Positions 1 through 10,425 of a stretch of DNA of 64,000 bases are shown here, piece after piece. Each line of letters opens with the position of its first letter. Positions within the stretch are counted from its first letter, which is position 1. Under the pieces are notes generated by a model, which worked only from the letters and a program-made list of their open reading frames with translations, did no database searches and was not told where the DNA came from. The position numbers and the translations under genes are program-made. The stretch lies in NCBI RefSeq assembly GCF_009931435.1, contig NZ_CP043414.1; one strand, written 5' to 3'. Source of the DNA: Escherichia coli (GTDB lineage: Bacteria; Pseudomonadota; Gammaproteobacteria; Enterobacterales; Enterobacteriaceae).

Positions 1-2604
1 GTTTTTTTTCTACATCGTCACGCACTAGAATTGCTCATTAATCGAAAACTGGATGATTGCGAATGCATAGTTCATTCAGTGGCTAGTTTATTGCCAAAGA
101 AAGAAAAATATACAGATGATGATCCGTTTTCCGGACTTATCGGATACGACCGTAGTCTCCGTGATGCGGTAGAAAAAGGCCGCGCAGCGGTGCTCTATCC
201 CCACGGACTGCATGTGCTGTTAACCGGGGCATCTGGTGTTGGCAAAACATTCTTTGCTGAGTTAATGCATTGCTTCGCTTGTAAGCACACCATAGGTTCG
301 CCACCTCCGTTGGTTTACTTTAACTGTGCCGAATATGCTCATAATCCGGAGTTGCTTTCCTCTCATCTGTTTGGTCACCATAAGGGGGCATTTACCGGGG
401 CAAGCGAGAATAAAACGGGGCTGGTGGAGCAAGCTGACGGAGGTTATTTACTTCTGGATGAAGTGCATCGCCTCCCGTATGAAGGACAAGAGAAGCTCTT
501 TTCTATTCTCGATAAAGGTGAATACCGCCCGCTTGGTTCAAGTGGGCCAACATATTCAATTTCGGTGCGCCTTATTTGCGCCACCACAGAGTTGGTCAAC
601 TCCTCACTATTGCGTACCTTCCAGCGGCGTATCCAGGTGTATATCGACTTACCGGGTATTCGCCAGCGTTCGGTCGAGGAGCAACTCGAATTGATTGTCA
701 GCTTCTTCCAGCGCGAAAGTCGTAAAATTGAACGTACCATAAGCCTTGATAAAACCCTTTTGCACTGGTTGTTAAGTAAACCCCTGGAAGGCAATATCGG
801 CCAGCTTAAAAGCGATATTCAGTTCTTGTGCGCGCAGGCGTGGGCGTCGGGAATGACCGAGCGCAATGATACACTAGAGTTAGATAAACGACTGGCGGAG
901 ATGCCGTTTAATACCACGCCGGAGCAGCGCCTGCTGGTCGATGCGTTGTTTGGCGGTAAAGATCGTTTGAACGTGGATGCGCGTACGTTGCCCGCGTTAA
1001 AAAATTCGTTGGCGACCAGCGCGGAAATAGAAGAGAGCGATCTGTTTTACAGTTTCCTGACTCGTGAATATGTCAATCTGCGCAACAGTAACGTGCCGCC
1101 CGCAGAAACGCTGGCTATCCTGAAAAACAAACTCAGTTCGATTTTTGAATACGGTCTCTATAGCCGCCATAGTACGGCGCATCCACCGCGCTATGGCGAT
1201 CAAATTGAGGAGCGGGTGACGTTGCTGATCGGTTACGTGGAGCAGGTATTAGGATTTACGTTGCCAGAAAACCTGGCGAACCCGTTACGTAAACACTTTC
1301 TTGCGCTGATTGGCTATGTGCGGCGAGGGCTTATACCTCAACTCTATTCCTCCAGCTTGATTCTGGATCGCTGTAAAGATGAGTATGACAATGCCACGCT
1401 TCTGTGCCGCAAAATCAATGAGCTGCTGCATATTCAGTGCCCGGCGATGGAGGTGGTCTGGCTGTGCCTGTTCCTGAAAGAGTGTCGCCACTACCGCCAG
1501 CGCATCGACACCAGCCCGGATTGCGGCGTGATTCTAATCGCTCACGGTGCGACCACCGCAACGAGCCAGGCGCAATATGTGAATCGGGTGCTGGAGCGCG
1601 ATCTGTTCTACGCAATTGATATGCCATTTGAGCAGTCGGTGCATGACACCCTGGAAACCCTGACCCGGATGATTCAGGACCGGTGCTGGCAGCGGCTGAT
1701 ACTGATGGTGGATATCGGATCGCTGGTTCATTTTGGCAGCACCATCAGCAAGCTGTTCCAGATTGACGTTCTGTTGTTGCCAAATATCACTCTGACCAGC
1801 CTGCTGGAGGTGGGGCTGGATTTAAGCTACGAAACTGGGGATCTATCGCAATTGGCTGTGCTTATGCAGAGTAAAAATATCCCTTGTCGGCTCTGCACGC
1901 CGCAGCAAGAGAGCGGTGGCAAAGTGCTGGTTATCTCATGTATAACCGGAATGGGGACGGCAGAAAAGATCAAAAAAGTGCTGGAGGAGAGCTTTGGCGA
2001 GCTGATGTCGCAGGACACGCGTATGGTGATTCTCGACTATAACGAGGTGCGCAGCCTGGAGCGTATTCAGCAGGCGCTTAATGCCAGTGAACGGCTGGCA
2101 GGGATCGTCGGCACCTTCCAGCCGGGACTGCCGGATATTCCGTTTATCTCGCTGGAGGAACTGTTTTCCGAGCAAGGGCCGGAGCTGGTGCTTAGCCTGC
2201 TGACTCCGGATCTCTCAAGCAGCGAGCGCCGACTGGAGATGGAGCGCAGCGCCATGCGCTTTATCAGCGCGCTGACCATGGAGAGCATCATCAACCATAT
2301 TTCGGTGCTCAACCCGCAGCGAATTCTGAAAGAGATCGAGGACGTTCTGAACCACTTAACCAACACGCTCTCCCTGAAACCGAGCCGCCAGGTGACACTA
2401 CGTTTTCTGATCCATTGCTGCTGCATGGTCGAGCGTATCGTGATTAACCGCAAACCGTTACAGATGGCGCTGGAAAACCGGCTTGATCTGGACGCTCGTG
2501 CCTTTAGCGTCATCAAATCCTCCTTTTTGCCGATTGAAGAGGCTTACGCTATCCGTTTATCGGACGCAGAATATTTTTATATCTACGAACTGCTCTACAG
2601 CTGA
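1..2604 (+). CDS. dgaR: sigma-54-dependent LevR/DgaR-type transcriptional activator, 5' end cut by the window edge
   Basis: The frame is open from nt 1 with no stop before the listed TTG at 31, so the N-terminal HTH lies outside the window. It has Walker A GASGVGKT and the bEBP signature GAFTGA (HHKGAFTGA). PRD-like regions follow, then an EIIA-Man-like block (VILIAHGATTATS) and an EIIB-Gat-like Cys block (VISCITGMGTAEK), which is the LevR architecture. Confidence 0.8.
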   Translation, partial: VFFLHRHALELLINRKLDDCECIVHSVASLLPKKEKYTDDDPFSGLIGYDRSLRDAVEKGRAAVLYPHGLHVLLTGASGVGKTFFAELMHCFACKHTIGSPPPLVYFNCAEYAHNPELLSSHLFGHHKGAFTGASENKTGLVEQADGGYLLLDEVHRLPYEGQEKLFSILDKGEYRPLGSSGPTYSISVRLICATTELVNSSLLRTFQRRIQVYIDLPGIRQRSVEEQLELIVSFFQRESRKIERTISLDKTLLHWLLSKPLEGNIGQLKSDIQFLCAQAWASGMTERNDTLELDKRLAEMPFNTTPEQRLLVDALFGGKDRLNVDARTLPALKNSLATSAEIEESDLFYSFLTREYVNLRNSNVPPAETLAILKNKLSSIFEYGLYSRHSTAHPPRYGDQIEERVTLLIGYVEQVLGFTLPENLANPLRKHFLALIGYVRRGLIPQLYSSSLILDRCKDEYDNATLLCRKINELLHIQCPAMEVVWLCLFLKECRHYRQRIDTSPDCGVILIAHGATTATSQAQYVNRVLERDLFYAIDMPFEQSVHDTLETLTRMIQDRCWQRLILMVDIGSLVHFGSTISKLFQIDVLLLPNITLTSLLEVGLDLSYETGDLSQLAVLMQSKNIPCRLCTPQQESGGKVLVISCITGMGTAEKIKKVLEESFGELMSQDTRMVILDYNEVRSLERIQQALNASERLAGIVGTFQPGLPDIPFISLEELFSEQGPELVLSLLTPDLSSSERRLEMERSAMRFISALTMESIINHISVLNPQRILKEIEDVLNHLTNTLSLKPSRQVTLRFLIHCCCMVERIVINRKPLQMALENRLDLDARAFSVIKSSFLPIEEAYAIRLSDAEYFYIYELLYS

Positions 2605-2668
2605 TCCCCTGATTTACGGGGCTTAAGGCCTCATCCAATCTCTTTTCCTCTGAGCGTGACACAAATTC

Positions 2669-2684
2669 TGGCACGTCCTTTGCT
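2669..2684 (+). promoter_or_regulatory. sigma-54 (RpoN) -24/-12 promoter of the downstream PTS operon
   Basis: The sequence TGGCACgtcctTTGCT has the exact GG-N10-GC spacing. It lies about 40 nt upstream of the TTG start at 2723, with RBS AAGGAGG at 2711-2717, directly downstream of a bEBP gene. Confidence 0.8.
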
Positions 2685-2722
2685 CCTGACGAAATGTAAA
2701 CACTGGAGCAAAGGAGGCTATT

Positions 2723-3151
2723 TTGACCACAACTGTATCTATTCATCCGTTACCTGAAATTTTGCTGCTAACTCACGGCGGCTGGGGGCTGCAGCTCTGC
2801 AACAGTCTGCGCATGGTGATGGGCGAAATCGAAGGCGTGACGGAAATCGCGCTGATGCCTGTCGATACGCTGGGCGAGTTTTACCAGCGCGTCGAAGCCG
2901 TGGTGAAAACCATGCCAGAAGGTTCGCTTATCGTGACCGATTTTATCGGCGGCACCACCTCTAACGTGGCGGCGCGGCTGAGCGCCGATTATCCGGTGGC
3001 GGTGATCTCCGGGCTTAATGCCTCGCTGCTGCTGGAGGCGCTGGACAAGCGCGAACATGGCCCACTGACCGCCTGCGTGGCCGATCTGGTGGAAGCTGGG
3101 CGCAACAGTTGCCTGGACGTCGTCTCCCATATTCGTCAATTACAACAGTAA
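2723..3151 (+). CDS. dgaA: PTS mannose-family EIIA component
   Basis: 142 aa with an N-terminal LLLTHGGWG phospho-His loop typical of EIIA-Man. The TTG start is 5 nt after AAGGAGG. Confidence 0.8.
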   Translation: MTTTVSIHPLPEILLLTHGGWGLQLCNSLRMVMGEIEGVTEIALMPVDTLGEFYQRVEAVVKTMPEGSLIVTDFIGGTTSNVAARLSADYPVAVISGLNASLLLEALDKREHGPLTACVADLVEAGRNSCLDVVSHIRQLQQ

Positions 3152-3161
3152 GGAAAATCGT

Positions 3162-3647
3162 ATGGCAAACATCGTGTTATGTCGCATTGACAGCCGTCTT
3201 ATCCACGGACAGGTGGTGACGAAGTGGGTGGGGCAATCCCAGGCCAACCGTATTGCGGTGGTCAGCGACGAGCTGGATGCCGATCCGTTTATGAAAAATA
3301 TCTACCTGATGGCCGCGCCGCCGAATATCAAAGTGGACTGCTTCAGCAACCAGAGCTTCGCGGCCGCGTGGAAAGACAACCAGCTGGGCGACGGCAACGT
3401 GCTGGTGCTGTTCCCGTCGCTGGCGGCGATTCAGGAAGCGGTGCAGCAGGGCTTTGACGTGGCTGATATTCAGGTTGGCGGCTTAGGCGGCGGGCCAAAC
3501 CGTAAAGCGGTGTTCCAGAACATAACTCTGGATGAAAAAGACGTTGGCATTCTTAACGATTTGAAAAGTCGCGGCATTAAGGCTGTTTTCCAGACCATCC
3601 CGGAAGATAAGCCGCAGTCGCTGGACGATATCCTGAAAAAATTCTGA
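3162..3647 (+). CDS. dgaB: PTS mannose/sorbose-family EIIB component
   Basis: 161 aa carrying the RIDSRLIHGQV phospho-His motif of EIIB-Man/Sor. Confidence 0.85.
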   Translation: MANIVLCRIDSRLIHGQVVTKWVGQSQANRIAVVSDELDADPFMKNIYLMAAPPNIKVDCFSNQSFAAAWKDNQLGDGNVLVLFPSLAAIQEAVQQGFDVADIQVGGLGGGPNRKAVFQNITLDEKDVGILNDLKSRGIKAVFQTIPEDKPQSLDDILKKF

Positions 3648-3672
3648 CCCTCTGAACATGGGATAACAAATT

Positions 3673-4422
3673 ATGGATACCTTACTTTTTGCAAGCCTGA
3701 TGGGGCTGTATTACTGGTTTGCCCGGTTGCGCCTTGGCTATACCTTCTCCGCCATGCTGTTACAGCCAGTGGTGGTGGCGGTCTTTGTCGGCCTGCTGCT
3801 CGGCAACATGCCTGCGGCGATGATTATCGGCGCGGGGATGCAGTTGGTATATCTGGGTGTGACCTCAACGCCAGGCGGCAATGTGCCGTCAGACCCGGCG
3901 CTGGCGGCCTGTATCGCCATTCCTATCGCCGTTAAGGCCAATATGGACCCGAACCTGGCGATTGCACTGGCGATTCCATTTGGCGTTATCGGCGTATTCC
4001 TCGACCAGTTGCGTCGCACGCTAAATGCGGCCTGGGTGCATATGGCCGATAAACACGCGGAAACGGCCAATATGTCAGCCATTATGCGCTGCGCCTTTCT
4101 CTACCCGGCGCTGCTGGGGCTGGTGCTACGTTTCCCAGTGGTGTTCGCCGCCAACTACTTCGGCCAGAACGTAGTGGAAAGTTTCCTCAAGCTGATGCCG
4201 CACTGGCTGACCCACTCGTTTGAAATCATGGGCGGGATTCTCCCGGCGCTGGGCTTCGCCATCACCATTATGGTGATTGGTAAAAAGAGCCTACTGCCGT
4301 GGTTTATCGGCGGATTCTTCGCGGTGCTGTACCTCAAGGTGGACATCATGGCGATGGCGATTTTCGGCACCTGCGTGGCCTTCCTGATTAAAGGCCTGGC
4401 GAAAAATGAAGGAGCGGCATAA
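3673..4422 (+). CDS. dgaC: PTS mannose-family EIIC membrane component
   Basis: 249 aa polytopic hydrophobic protein, placed between EIIB and EIID as in man/sor/aga-type operons. Confidence 0.8.
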   Translation: MDTLLFASLMGLYYWFARLRLGYTFSAMLLQPVVVAVFVGLLLGNMPAAMIIGAGMQLVYLGVTSTPGGNVPSDPALAACIAIPIAVKANMDPNLAIALAIPFGVIGVFLDQLRRTLNAAWVHMADKHAETANMSAIMRCAFLYPALLGLVLRFPVVFAANYFGQNVVESFLKLMPHWLTHSFEIMGGILPALGFAITIMVIGKKSLLPWFIGGFFAVLYLKVDIMAMAIFGTCVAFLIKGLAKNEGAA

Positions 4423-5279
4423 TGAGCGGCGGCGTAATGCAGCATGAACTGGTGGAGCGCGCGCGGGAGTCCGGGGCGCTGACCAAAGCGGATATCACCA
4501 AAGCGTGGTTTATCTACTGGCTTGGCGCGGAAGTTTCCAGCTCCTATGAGCGTTTACAGAGCCTGATTTTCTGCGCCTCGATGACGCCGATTATTAAAAA
4601 GCTCTATCCGCAAAAGGAGGAGCAGGTGGAGGCGTTAAAACGCCATCTGAACTTCTTCAACTCAGAGCAGACGTTTGGCGCGGTGATCCAGGGGATCTCC
4701 ATCGCCATGGAAGAGCAAAAGACCCGCGGCGAGGCGATTAACGATGCCTCTATCACCGGGATTAAAACCGGCCTGATGGGGCCGCTGGCCGGAATGGGCG
4801 ACTCCATCATCTGGGCGGCCGTGATGCCGCTGTTGATTGCTATTTTTATCCCGTTCGCCGCCAATGGCAGCGCAATGGGCGGTATTTTGCCGCTGATTCT
4901 CTACCCGGCGATTACGCTGGCAATCAGCTACGGCATGGTGCACAAGGGCTATACGCTAGGGCGCGATTCGATTATCAGCCTGCTGCAGGGGGGGCGCATC
5001 AAGGAGCTTATCTACGGCGCTAACGTACTGGGGCTTATCATGATGGGTGCGCTATCCGCGAGCTTTGTCAAGATAACCTCACCTTTAAAAATTAGCGCAC
5101 TGAAAGGCTCTGAAGTGGTGGTACAGCAGATTCTTGACTCCATCGCGCCCGGCCTACTGCCGCTGGCGGCAGTGTTCGCGATCTACTTCTATCAGGTGAA
5201 AAAGGGACCGCGTTACACCACGATTTTGCTGTCAATTGTGGCGTTGAGCGTGGTCTGCTCGCTGCTGGGAGTGCTGTAA
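4422..5279 (+). CDS. dgaD: PTS mannose-family EIID membrane component
   Basis: 285 aa. It shows TAATG stop/start coupling with EIIC and GAAGGAG 7 nt upstream. A hydrophilic N-terminus is followed by membrane helices, as in ManZ-type proteins. Confidence 0.8.
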   Translation: MSGGVMQHELVERARESGALTKADITKAWFIYWLGAEVSSSYERLQSLIFCASMTPIIKKLYPQKEEQVEALKRHLNFFNSEQTFGAVIQGISIAMEEQKTRGEAINDASITGIKTGLMGPLAGMGDSIIWAAVMPLLIAIFIPFAANGSAMGGILPLILYPAITLAISYGMVHKGYTLGRDSIISLLQGGRIKELIYGANVLGLIMMGALSASFVKITSPLKISALKGSEVVVQQILDSIAPGLLPLAAVFAIYFYQVKKGPRYTTILLSIVALSVVCSLLGVL

Positions 5280-5282
5280 GCC

Positions 5283-6392
5283 ATGACGCAGAATATCTAT
5301 CAACAACTGGGGCTGAAACAAGTGATTAACGCTTGCGGTAAGATGACGATTCTCGGCGTCTCCAGTGTCGCGCCGGAGGTGATGCAGGCCACCGCGCGTG
5401 CGGCATCCTCTTTCGTGGAGATTGATCAGCTGGTGGACAAAACCGGCGAGCTGGTCTCTCGCTTTACCGGGGCGGAGGATAGCTACGTTACCTCCTGCGC
5501 CTCGGCAGGGATCGCCATCGCTATCGCCGCCGCCATTACCCGCGGCGACAAGGCCCGGGTGGCGCTCATGCCGGATAGCTCCGGCATGGCCAATGAAGTG
5601 GTGATGCTGCGCGGCCATAACGTCGATTACGGCGCATCGATCCTCAGCGCGATCCGCTTAGGCGGCGGGCGCGTGGTGGAGGTGGGGTCAAGTAACCTGG
5701 CGGCTCTCTGGCAGCTGGAGAGTGCCATTACCGACGCGACCGCCGCGCTGCTGTATGTGAAGTCGCATCACTGCGTGCAGAAGGGGATGTTGAACATCGA
5801 GGACTTCGCCCAAGTCGCGCAGATGCACAACCTGCCGTTGATTGTCGATGCCGCCGCCGAAGAGGATTTACGTGCCTGGGTGGTGAGCGGAGCGGATATG
5901 GTGGTCTACAGCGGCGCAAAAGCCTTTAACGCGCCTACCTCCGGGTTTATCACTGGTAAAAAAATCTGGATTGCAGCCTGTAAAGCGCAGCATTACGGCA
6001 TTGCCAGGGCGATGAAAATCGGCAAGGAGAACATGGTTGGGCTGGTTTACGCGCTGGAGAATTATCACCAGGGGCAGGCAATCATCACCGCGGAACAGCT
6101 CCAGCCAGTGGTTGAAGCGATTTCTGCGATTCACGGGTTAACGGCTGATATTGAGCAGGATGAAGCCGGGCGTGCAATCTGGCGTATTCGTATTCGGGTA
6201 AATGCGCAAGAATTTGGAGTTGCCGCTCGCGTCGTCGAAGCGCAACTGCGTGGTGGCGATATCGCGATTTATACACGGCGGTATAACCTCCACCAGGGCG
6301 TTTTTAGCCTTGATCCGCGTACGGTGGCGGATGGGGAGATGGCGCTTATCGTGGCGCGACTGAAGGAGATTGCAGATCATGCAAAAGATTAA
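5283..6392 (+). CDS. dgaE: SelA-like PLP-dependent enzyme, putative D-glucosaminate-6-phosphate ammonia-lyase
   Basis: 369 aa starting 4 nt after the EIID stop. The assignment rests on its position in a DgaR/PTS/aldolase cluster and on my recollection of the Salmonella DgaE sequence style (MTQNIYQQLGLKQVINACGKMT...). Confidence 0.65.
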   Translation: MTQNIYQQLGLKQVINACGKMTILGVSSVAPEVMQATARAASSFVEIDQLVDKTGELVSRFTGAEDSYVTSCASAGIAIAIAAAITRGDKARVALMPDSSGMANEVVMLRGHNVDYGASILSAIRLGGGRVVEVGSSNLAALWQLESAITDATAALLYVKSHHCVQKGMLNIEDFAQVAQMHNLPLIVDAAAEEDLRAWVVSGADMVVYSGAKAFNAPTSGFITGKKIWIAACKAQHYGIARAMKIGKENMVGLVYALENYHQGQAIITAEQLQPVVEAISAIHGLTADIEQDEAGRAIWRIRIRVNAQEFGVAARVVEAQLRGGDIAIYTRRYNLHQGVFSLDPRTVADGEMALIVARLKEIADHAKD

Positions 6393-7122
6393 TTTCTATC
6401 ATAATCGTGTGGCAATTAATGTGCTGGCGAAAGATATCGCCAATGCCCGTGAAATCTATGACGCCGCCGAAGGCCACGCGGTGATTGGCGTGCTTTCCGC
6501 GCAGTTCTCCTCGGTGGATGAGGGGATCCAGGAAGTTAAACGTTGGATGGCGGAAATACCGTCCATTTCAGTAGGTCTGGGGGCGGGTGACCCGGCGCAG
6601 TATTACAAAGCTGCGATGATTGCGGCGCAGATTCATCCAGCACACGTTAACCAGACCTTTACCGGTTGTGGTTTCGCGGCAGGCGCGCTTGCGACGACGG
6701 GCGGTGAGCAGACCCATGTCAACGCGCTGGTTAGCCCGACGGGAACGCCGGGCGAAGTGCTGATTTCCACTGGCGTTAGCAGCAGCCAGGGTACGCCTGC
6801 CCGCGTATCCTGCGATACGGCAGTGCGAATGATGCTAGATATGGGCGCACACGCGGCGAAGTTCTTTCCGATGGGCGGCGAGAAGTCGCTTCCGGAGCTA
6901 TACGCGCTGGCGACCACGGCGGCGCGCAATGGTATGACGCTGATTGAGCCAACCGGCGGGATTGATTTGGATAACTTCAGTGTGATTCTAAAAACTTGTC
7001 TGGAGGCGGGTGTGCCGCGCATTATGCCGCATGTTTACAGCTCGATTATAGACCCTGATACGGGATATACCCGACCGGATGATGTAGCCGTTTTGCTGAA
7101 TAAAGTGAAATCACTACTCTGA
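6379..7122 (+). CDS. dgaF: KDPG/KDGP-aldolase-family protein
   Basis: The ORF track starts at TTG 6370. The ATG at 6379 sits 10 nt after GGAG and overlaps the dgaE stop by 14 nt. It is the last gene of the operon. Confidence 0.6.
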   Translation: MQKINFYHNRVAINVLAKDIANAREIYDAAEGHAVIGVLSAQFSSVDEGIQEVKRWMAEIPSISVGLGAGDPAQYYKAAMIAAQIHPAHVNQTFTGCGFAAGALATTGGEQTHVNALVSPTGTPGEVLISTGVSSSQGTPARVSCDTAVRMMLDMGAHAAKFFPMGGEKSLPELYALATTAARNGMTLIEPTGGIDLDNFSVILKTCLEAGVPRIMPHVYSSIIDPDTGYTRPDDVAVLLNKVKSLL

Positions 7123-7138
7123 TCGGGGATTCAGGCGT

Positions 7139-7169
7139 TACCGACCTACAATTATGTTGTAGATCGGTA
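7139..7169. terminator. hairpin between convergent dgaF and loiP
   Basis: TACCGACCTACAA-ttatg-TTGTAGATCGGTA forms a 13-bp stem with one mismatch, lying between the two stop codons at 7122 and 7178. Confidence 0.5.
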
Positions 7170-7177
7170 TGTCTGAC

Positions 7178-7936
7178 TTATTTTATCCCATCCGCGCTCA
7201 TACGATCGCGAATATGCTGGGCGCGTTCGGCGGATGCCGGATGGTCGTCAAACATTGAGCTTTGGCGGCCTTCTTCCAGTTTCGCCAGTTTTTCAAAGCT
7301 GGTGGCAAGACCAGCCGGGCTGATGCCGCGTTGGCGCAGAAGATCGTAAGAATAATCATCGGCTTCTGCTTCCTGGCGCTGGGAGAATTGCGAATTGACT
7401 AATTTCTCGCCCAGATCACCAAGTTGCGATTGCGATAAACTGCCGACAATCCCGCCCGCAGAGGCTGCCGCGACTCTCACGGCGTTGGTACCTAATGCAA
7501 CTTGCATCCCTTTCTTCACATGGCCTAACGCGACGTGCCCCATTTCGTGACCGATCACCGCTTCGACTTCGTTATCCGTCATCATATCCATTAGCCCGCT
7601 ATAGACGCGGATACAGCCGTTAGCCATTGCAAAGGCGTTCACATCCTTCGCCATATACACTTTGTAATTCACCGGCTGACCGTTGATATTGTTGCCTAGC
7701 GCATTGGCAATAGTTGTCAGACGTTTAGCGTATTCGCTATTGGCTGGCGCAATCGTCGCCTTGCTGTCCATCTCCTGACATGCCTGATCGCTCAGGGCTT
7801 TCACCTGCGCATCACTCAAACTGTAAGCCTGAAAAGCTTCCGCTCCTGATGAGAGCAGTCCGTTGGAGTCCATATTCTGGCAACCGGTCAGTACCGTTGC
7901 CACGCTCATTGCTACCAATAAGGCGCGAATTTTCAT
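7178..7936 (-). CDS. loiP: outer-membrane lipoprotein zinc metalloprotease LoiP (YggG)
   Basis: The ORF was trimmed to ATG 7936. This gives MKIRALLVAMSVATVLTGC (lipobox), the HEMGH zinc motif and 252 aa. Confidence 0.93.
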   Translation of the reverse strand: MKIRALLVAMSVATVLTGCQNMDSNGLLSSGAEAFQAYSLSDAQVKALSDQACQEMDSKATIAPANSEYAKRLTTIANALGNNINGQPVNYKVYMAKDVNAFAMANGCIRVYSGLMDMMTDNEVEAVIGHEMGHVALGHVKKGMQVALGTNAVRVAAASAGGIVGSLSQSQLGDLGEKLVNSQFSQRQEAEADDYSYDLLRQRGISPAGLATSFEKLAKLEEGRQSSMFDDHPASAERAQHIRDRMSADGIK

Positions 7937-8213
7937 GTTTTCTCTTCCGCACAAGGTCAGGATTATTCTAAAAATGCGCCGTTTGCAGGTGAATCGACGC
8001 TCAGTCTCAGTATAAGGAAAAGCGCAGCGGACGGGCGAGCAGATTGCGCAACATGCGAGCATGATCCAGAGATTTCTGAAGCGGCAAAAGGATGTTCCAT
8101 GTACATGACGCGCGGCTTGCGGTAAATTGTTGGCAAATTTTCCGGCGTAGCCCAAAACGCGCTGTCGTCAAGTCGTTAAGGGCGTGCCCTTCATCATCCG
8201 ATCTGGAGTCAAA

Positions 8214-10205
8214 ATGTCCTCACGTAAAGAGCTTGCCAATGCTATTCGTGCGCTGAGCATGGACGCAGTACAGAAAGCCAAATCCGGTCACCCGGGTGCC
8301 CCTATGGGTATGGCTGACATTGCCGAAGTCCTGTGGCGTGATTTCCTGAAACACAACCCGCAGAATCCGTCCTGGGCTGACCGTGACCGCTTCGTGCTGT
8401 CCAACGGCCACGGCTCCATGCTGATCTACAGCCTGCTGCACCTCACCGGTTACGATCTGCCGATGGAAGAACTGAAAAACTTCCGTCAACTGCATTCCAA
8501 AACTCCGGGCCACCCGGAAGTGGGTTACACCGCTGGTGTGGAAACCACTACAGGTCCGCTGGGTCAGGGTATTGCCAATGCAGTCGGTATGGCGATTGCA
8601 GAAAAAACGCTGGCGGCACAGTTTAACCGTCCGGGCCACGACATCGTCGACCACTACACCTACGCCTTCATGGGCGACGGCTGCATGATGGAAGGCATCT
8701 CCCATGAAGTTTGCTCTCTGGCGGGTACGCTGAAGCTGGGTAAACTGATTGCGTTCTACGATGACAACGGTATCTCTATCGATGGTCACGTTGAAGGCTG
8801 GTTCACCGACGACACCGCAATGCGTTTCGAAGCTTACGGCTGGCACGTTATTCGCGGCATCGACGGTCATGACGCGGCATCCATCAAACGCGCAGTAGAA
8901 GAAGCGCGCGCAGTGACTGACAAACCGTCCCTGCTGATGTGCAAAACCATCATCGGTTTCGGTTCACCGAACAAAGCCGGTACGCACGACTCCCACGGTG
9001 CGCCGCTGGGCGACGCTGAAATTGCCCTGACCCGCGAACAGCTGGGCTGGAAATATGCACCGTTCGAAATCCCGTCTGAAATCTATGCTCAGTGGGATGC
9101 GAAAGAAGCAGGCCAGGCGAAAGAATCCGCATGGAACGAGAAATTCGCTGCTTACGCCAAAGCTTATCCGCAGGAAGCCGCTGAATTTACCCGCCGTATG
9201 AAAGGCGAAATGCCGTCTGACTTCGATGCCAAAGCGAAAGAATTCATCGCTAAACTGCAGGCTAATCCGGCGAAAATCGCCAGCCGTAAAGCGTCTCAGA
9301 ATGCGATTGAAGCGTTCGGCCCGCTGTTGCCGGAATTCCTCGGCGGCTCTGCTGACCTGGCACCGTCTAACCTGACCCTGTGGTCTGGTTCTAAAGCAAT
9401 CAACGAAGATGCTGCGGGTAACTACATCCACTATGGTGTTCGCGAGTTCGGTATGACCGCGATTGCTAACGGTATCTCCCTGCACGGTGGCTTCCTGCCG
9501 TACACCTCCACCTTCCTGATGTTCGTGGAATACGCACGTAACGCCGTACGTATGGCTGCGCTGATGAAACAGCGTCAGGTGATGGTTTACACCCACGACT
9601 CCATCGGTCTGGGCGAAGATGGCCCGACTCACCAGCCGGTAGAGCAGGTCGCTTCTCTGCGCGTGACCCCGAACATGTCCACATGGCGTCCGTGTGACCA
9701 GGTTGAATCCGCGGTCGCGTGGAAATACGGCGTTGAGCGTCAGGACGGCCCGACTGCGCTTATCCTCTCCCGTCAGAACCTGGCGCAGCAGGAACGCACT
9801 GAAGAGCAGCTGGCAAACATCGCGCGCGGTGGTTATGTGCTGAAAGACTGTGCCGGTCAGCCGGAACTGATCTTCATCGCTACCGGTTCTGAAGTTGAAC
9901 TGGCGGTTGCTGCCTACGAAAAACTGACTGCTGAAGGCGTGAAAGCGCGCGTGGTTTCCATGCCGTCTACCGACGCATTCGACAAGCAGGATGCGGCTTA
10001 CCGTGAGTCTGTACTGCCGAAAGCGGTTACTGCACGCGTTGCGGTGGAAGCTGGCATTGCTGACTACTGGTACAAGTATGTTGGCCTGAACGGTGCTATC
10101 GTCGGCATGACCACCTTCGGTGAATCTGCTCCGGCAGAGCTGCTGTTTGAAGAGTTCGGCTTCACCGTTGACAATGTTGTTGCGAAAGCAAAAGAACTGC
10201 TGTAA
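8214..10205 (+). CDS. tktA: transketolase 1
   Basis: 663 aa from ATG 8214 ([12 protein letters not shown]...). It carries the ThDP motif GDGCMMEG and shows strong codon bias. Confidence 0.97.
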   Translation: MSSRKELANAIRALSMDAVQKAKSGHPGAPMGMADIAEVLWRDFLKHNPQNPSWADRDRFVLSNGHGSMLIYSLLHLTGYDLPMEELKNFRQLHSKTPGHPEVGYTAGVETTTGPLGQGIANAVGMAIAEKTLAAQFNRPGHDIVDHYTYAFMGDGCMMEGISHEVCSLAGTLKLGKLIAFYDDNGISIDGHVEGWFTDDTAMRFEAYGWHVIRGIDGHDAASIKRAVEEARAVTDKPSLLMCKTIIGFGSPNKAGTHDSHGAPLGDAEIALTREQLGWKYAPFEIPSEIYAQWDAKEAGQAKESAWNEKFAAYAKAYPQEAAEFTRRMKGEMPSDFDAKAKEFIAKLQANPAKIASRKASQNAIEAFGPLLPEFLGGSADLAPSNLTLWSGSKAINEDAAGNYIHYGVREFGMTAIANGISLHGGFLPYTSTFLMFVEYARNAVRMAALMKQRQVMVYTHDSIGLGEDGPTHQPVEQVASLRVTPNMSTWRPCDQVESAVAWKYGVERQDGPTALILSRQNLAQQERTEEQLANIARGGYVLKDCAGQPELIFIATGSEVELAVAAYEKLTAEGVKARVVSMPSTDAFDKQDAAYRESVLPKAVTARVAVEAGIADYWYKYVGLNGAIVGMTTFGESAPAELLFEEFGFTVDNVVAKAKELL

Positions 10206-10225
10206 TCGGTAAGATGCTTTGTGAG

Positions 10226-10247
10226 AAGGGCCGCGAAAGCGGCCCTT
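10226..10247 (+). repeat. stem-loop AAGGGCCGC-GAAA-GCGGCCCTT, copy 1 (no T-tract)
   Basis: This 22-bp sequence is identical to 10400-10421. It lies 21 nt after the tktA stop. Confidence 0.9.
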
Positions 10248-10276
10248 CAGATTATTGGCAAAGTGTGCGTTGTTCA

Positions 10277-10377
<101 letters not shown>

Positions 10378-10399
10378 TTTTGCCTTTGCCATCAGTCTC

Positions 10400-10425
10400 A
10401 AGGGCCGCGAAAGCGGCCCTTTTTT
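10400..10425 (+). terminator. stem-loop copy 2 plus T-tract, probable tktA rho-independent terminator
   Basis: The same 22-bp hairpin is followed by TTTTT. The stop codon of the convergent SPFH gene (10424-10426) lies in the T-tract. Confidence 0.75.

Noticed and set aside
7937-8155. N-terminal ORF-track extensions: loiP to 8155, tktA from 8184, epd from 20398, pgk from 21488, fbaA from 22845, pepP from 39210, ygfA to 38220, ygfZ to 52979, uacT to 62995, scpA to 33345, scpB to 30223, argP to 34487, rpiA from 34890 and bglA to 50583.
   Set aside because: Internal start codons with RBS give the N-termini and lengths I recognise for the E. coli proteins. The extensions overlap neighbouring genes, RNAs (ssrS) or repeats (ERIC).
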